DNA of 64,000 bases from assembly GCA_016720145.1 (NCBI GenBank), contig JADJXV010000024.1:130726-194725 (forward strand), written 5' to 3'. The position numbers were made by a program, and so were the translations under genes. Below are positions 62,317 through 64,000 of this stretch, piece by piece; the stretch's first letter is position 1, and each line of letters begins with the position of its first letter. Origin of the DNA: Ignavibacteria bacterium (GTDB lineage: Bacteria > Bacteroidota > Ignavibacteria > Kapaibacteriales > UBA961). The notes under the pieces are model-generated. The model was not told the DNA's origin. It did no database searches and saw nothing but the letters and a program-made list of their open reading frames with translations.

Positions 62317-63984
62317 ATGGTTTCTCTTTCTCAAAAAATAACTGCCGCTCAGAGCGCGCACGGAATTGCGCCCGATGCACGCGAGTATCCTTTTACGTCC
62401 ATTGCAGACGCACTAAAAACGCATTCCGCGCTTGGCGATAAGCCGTTTTTGATTTATTATAATGATACGAATACGCGCTCGGAAATGAGCTATGCGGACT
62501 TTGCCGAAGCCGCCCGCAAAACAGCGCAATACCTTCATCAAAAAGGAATTACTCGCGGTGATCGTATCGCGACTGCCGCCCATAATCATCCCGATTCCAT
62601 CGTGCAGTATTTCGCTGCATGGTTAATTGGTGCCTGCATCGTGCCGTTGAATATGACCGAGGATGACAGCCGGTTGCAGTATATTCTCGAAAATTCTGAG
62701 TCGAAAATTGTCTTTTGTCGGCAGGAATATTGCACGCGCATTGAGAGTGTCCTCGGCGAGTCGCAAGCTGAAATTATCCCTGTCTATGATAACCCCAATA
62801 CTGCTAACGGTTTCCACACACTCATCGCCGAACTCCCGCCTCTGGACTATCCCACGACAAACGCTCTCCACGACGACGCACTCATCGTTTATACAAGCGG
62901 TACAACCGGGAATCCGAAAGGCGTCGTGCTGATGCAGAGGAATCTTATTGCCGATGGAATTGATATCGCTGAATGGCATGGAATTGACACGAACTCCCGT
63001 ATGATGTGCGTGCTCCCGATTCATCATGTAAATGGTTGTATTGTAACGCATGTAACGCCATTTTTGCAGGGAGCGTCCGTCGTACTGAACCGAAAATTTC
63101 AGACCGAGCTTTTCTTCGACCGAATTATCCGCGAACGGGTGAATGTTGCGTCGGTTGTGCCGACCCTGCTGGCATTTTTGCTTGACAAAAAGGTCAATGC
63201 ATCAGGCGCACGCGAGGCAGGTTTTCGCCATATAATCTGTGGTGCAGGACCGCTGACATGTGAACTCGTGCGGGGTTTCGAGGAACACTTTAATTTTCCG
63301 GTCGTCCATGGCTATGGTCTTTCAGAAACAACATGTTACACGTGTTTTTTGCCGGCTGATTTGTCGGATGTTGAGCGCCGTCATTGGCTCTTAGATTTTG
63401 GGTTCCCGAGTATAGGAGTGCCCTTGCCGTGCAATGAAATGGCGATTTGCGACCCGGAAGGCAATCCTTTGCCGGAGATGGAGCGCGGCGAGATCTGCAC
63501 GCGCGGCGCGAATGTGATGCGAGAGTATTTTAATAATCCGCCGGCGAATGAATCGGCGTTTACGTTTGGGTGGTTCCGCAGTGGGGATGAAGGGTTTTAT
63601 AAATTGGATGAACGCGGTCGTCCATTCTTCTTCATCACCGGTCGTATCAAGGAGTTAATCATCCGCGGCGGTGTGAATCTCGCGCCTCTCGAAATCGACG
63701 AAATCATCGCCCGCGCGCCGGGAGTAAAAGCAGGAATTTGTGTAGGATTTGAGAATAATTTCTACGGTGAGGAAGTGGGAGCGCTCGTCATTCCGATGGA
63801 TGAAAGTGCAAATGAAAAGGATATTCTGGACTACTGCGCGCAGCATTTACCCTATCACAAGTCACCGAAAGTAGTAGTATTTACCGATCATTTGCCCGTG
63901 ACTTCGACCGGCAAATATCAGCGCAATAAAGTCAAGCATGTGTTTGCTGAGTGGAAGGCTGTGCAGTTTCGGAAGGAGAAGTGA
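62317..63984 (+). CDS. AMP-dependent synthetase / ligase (acyl-CoA synthetase family)
   Basis: YTSGTTGNPKGV adenylate-forming P-loop. GYGLSET. C-terminal subdomain ...GDEG.Y....GR... Confidence 0.85.
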   Translation: MVSLSQKITAAQSAHGIAPDAREYPFTSIADALKTHSALGDKPFLIYYNDTNTRSEMSYADFAEAARKTAQYLHQKGITRGDRIATAAHNHPDSIVQYFAAWLIGACIVPLNMTEDDSRLQYILENSESKIVFCRQEYCTRIESVLGESQAEIIPVYDNPNTANGFHTLIAELPPLDYPTTNALHDDALIVYTSGTTGNPKGVVLMQRNLIADGIDIAEWHGIDTNSRMMCVLPIHHVNGCIVTHVTPFLQGASVVLNRKFQTELFFDRIIRERVNVASVVPTLLAFLLDKKVNASGAREAGFRHIICGAGPLTCELVRGFEEHFNFPVVHGYGLSETTCYTCFLPADLSDVERRHWLLDFGFPSIGVPLPCNEMAICDPEGNPLPEMERGEICTRGANVMREYFNNPPANESAFTFGWFRSGDEGFYKLDERGRPFFFITGRIKELIIRGGVNLAPLEIDEIIARAPGVKAGICVGFENNFYGEEVGALVIPMDESANEKDILDYCAQHLPYHKSPKVVVFTDHLPVTSTGKYQRNKVKHVFAEWKAVQFRKEK

Positions 63985-64000
63985 GGAGTCAACGGAAGAA

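Noticed and set aside
61977-62318. 113-aa ORF on the minus strand with internally repeated peptide sequence
   Set aside because: It is a translation of the 148-bp tandem repeats. It has no independent coding signal and overlaps the promoter region of the acyl-CoA synthetase gene.

Overview
This 64 kb window reads as a chromosomal segment from a Gram-negative bacterium of the Bacteroidota / Ignavibacteriota / Chlorobiota (FCB) group. The evidence is at least five secreted proteins ending in type IX secretion (T9SS) C-terminal sorting domains, SusC-like TonB-dependent receptors with carboxypeptidase-regulatory-like N-termini, a tandem HmuY-like lipoprotein, zapA immediately upstream of rny, and some genes with clear AGGAG ribosome-binding sites. 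GC content is about 45-50 %.

About 50 protein genes are supported. Housekeeping: serS, ligA, dnaN, folC, rny, zapA, psd, hutI, cutA, an lptF/G-type permease. Two TonB-dependent receptors. Peptidases of the M16 and M28 families. An orphan paaA-paaB pair. A LuxR-type response regulator. PhoD, a PAP2/haloperoxidase-like protein, a YfhO-like membrane protein, and several secreted or T9SS cargo proteins.

No rRNA, tRNA or CRISPR array was recognised.

The region is unusually rich in non-coding repeat structure:
- a REP-like palindromic element family with four loci;
- a roughly 240 bp structured repeat present twice, which looks like a MITE or small RNA;
- two short-unit tandem repeats (7/8-mer x ~17, and 7-mer x 10) sitting directly in promoter or 5' regions;
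- three tandem 148 bp repeats;
- two tandem 28 bp perfect palindromes;
- a 26 bp inverted repeat pair bracketing a whole cargo gene.

Two candidate accessory or defence loci stand out. First, a low-GC Mrr-type restriction endonuclease cassette bounded by 50 bp direct repeats. Second, a large Rossmann-like (SLOG/DprA-LOG-like) protein fused to transmembrane hairpins of the kind found in SLATT-type conflict systems. This second protein runs out of frame at a T-homopolymer into a second 2-TM ORF. I rate it the best candidate for an undescribed system in the window.

A 1.57 kaa T9SS cargo protein is also split by a frameshift at a CCCC run.
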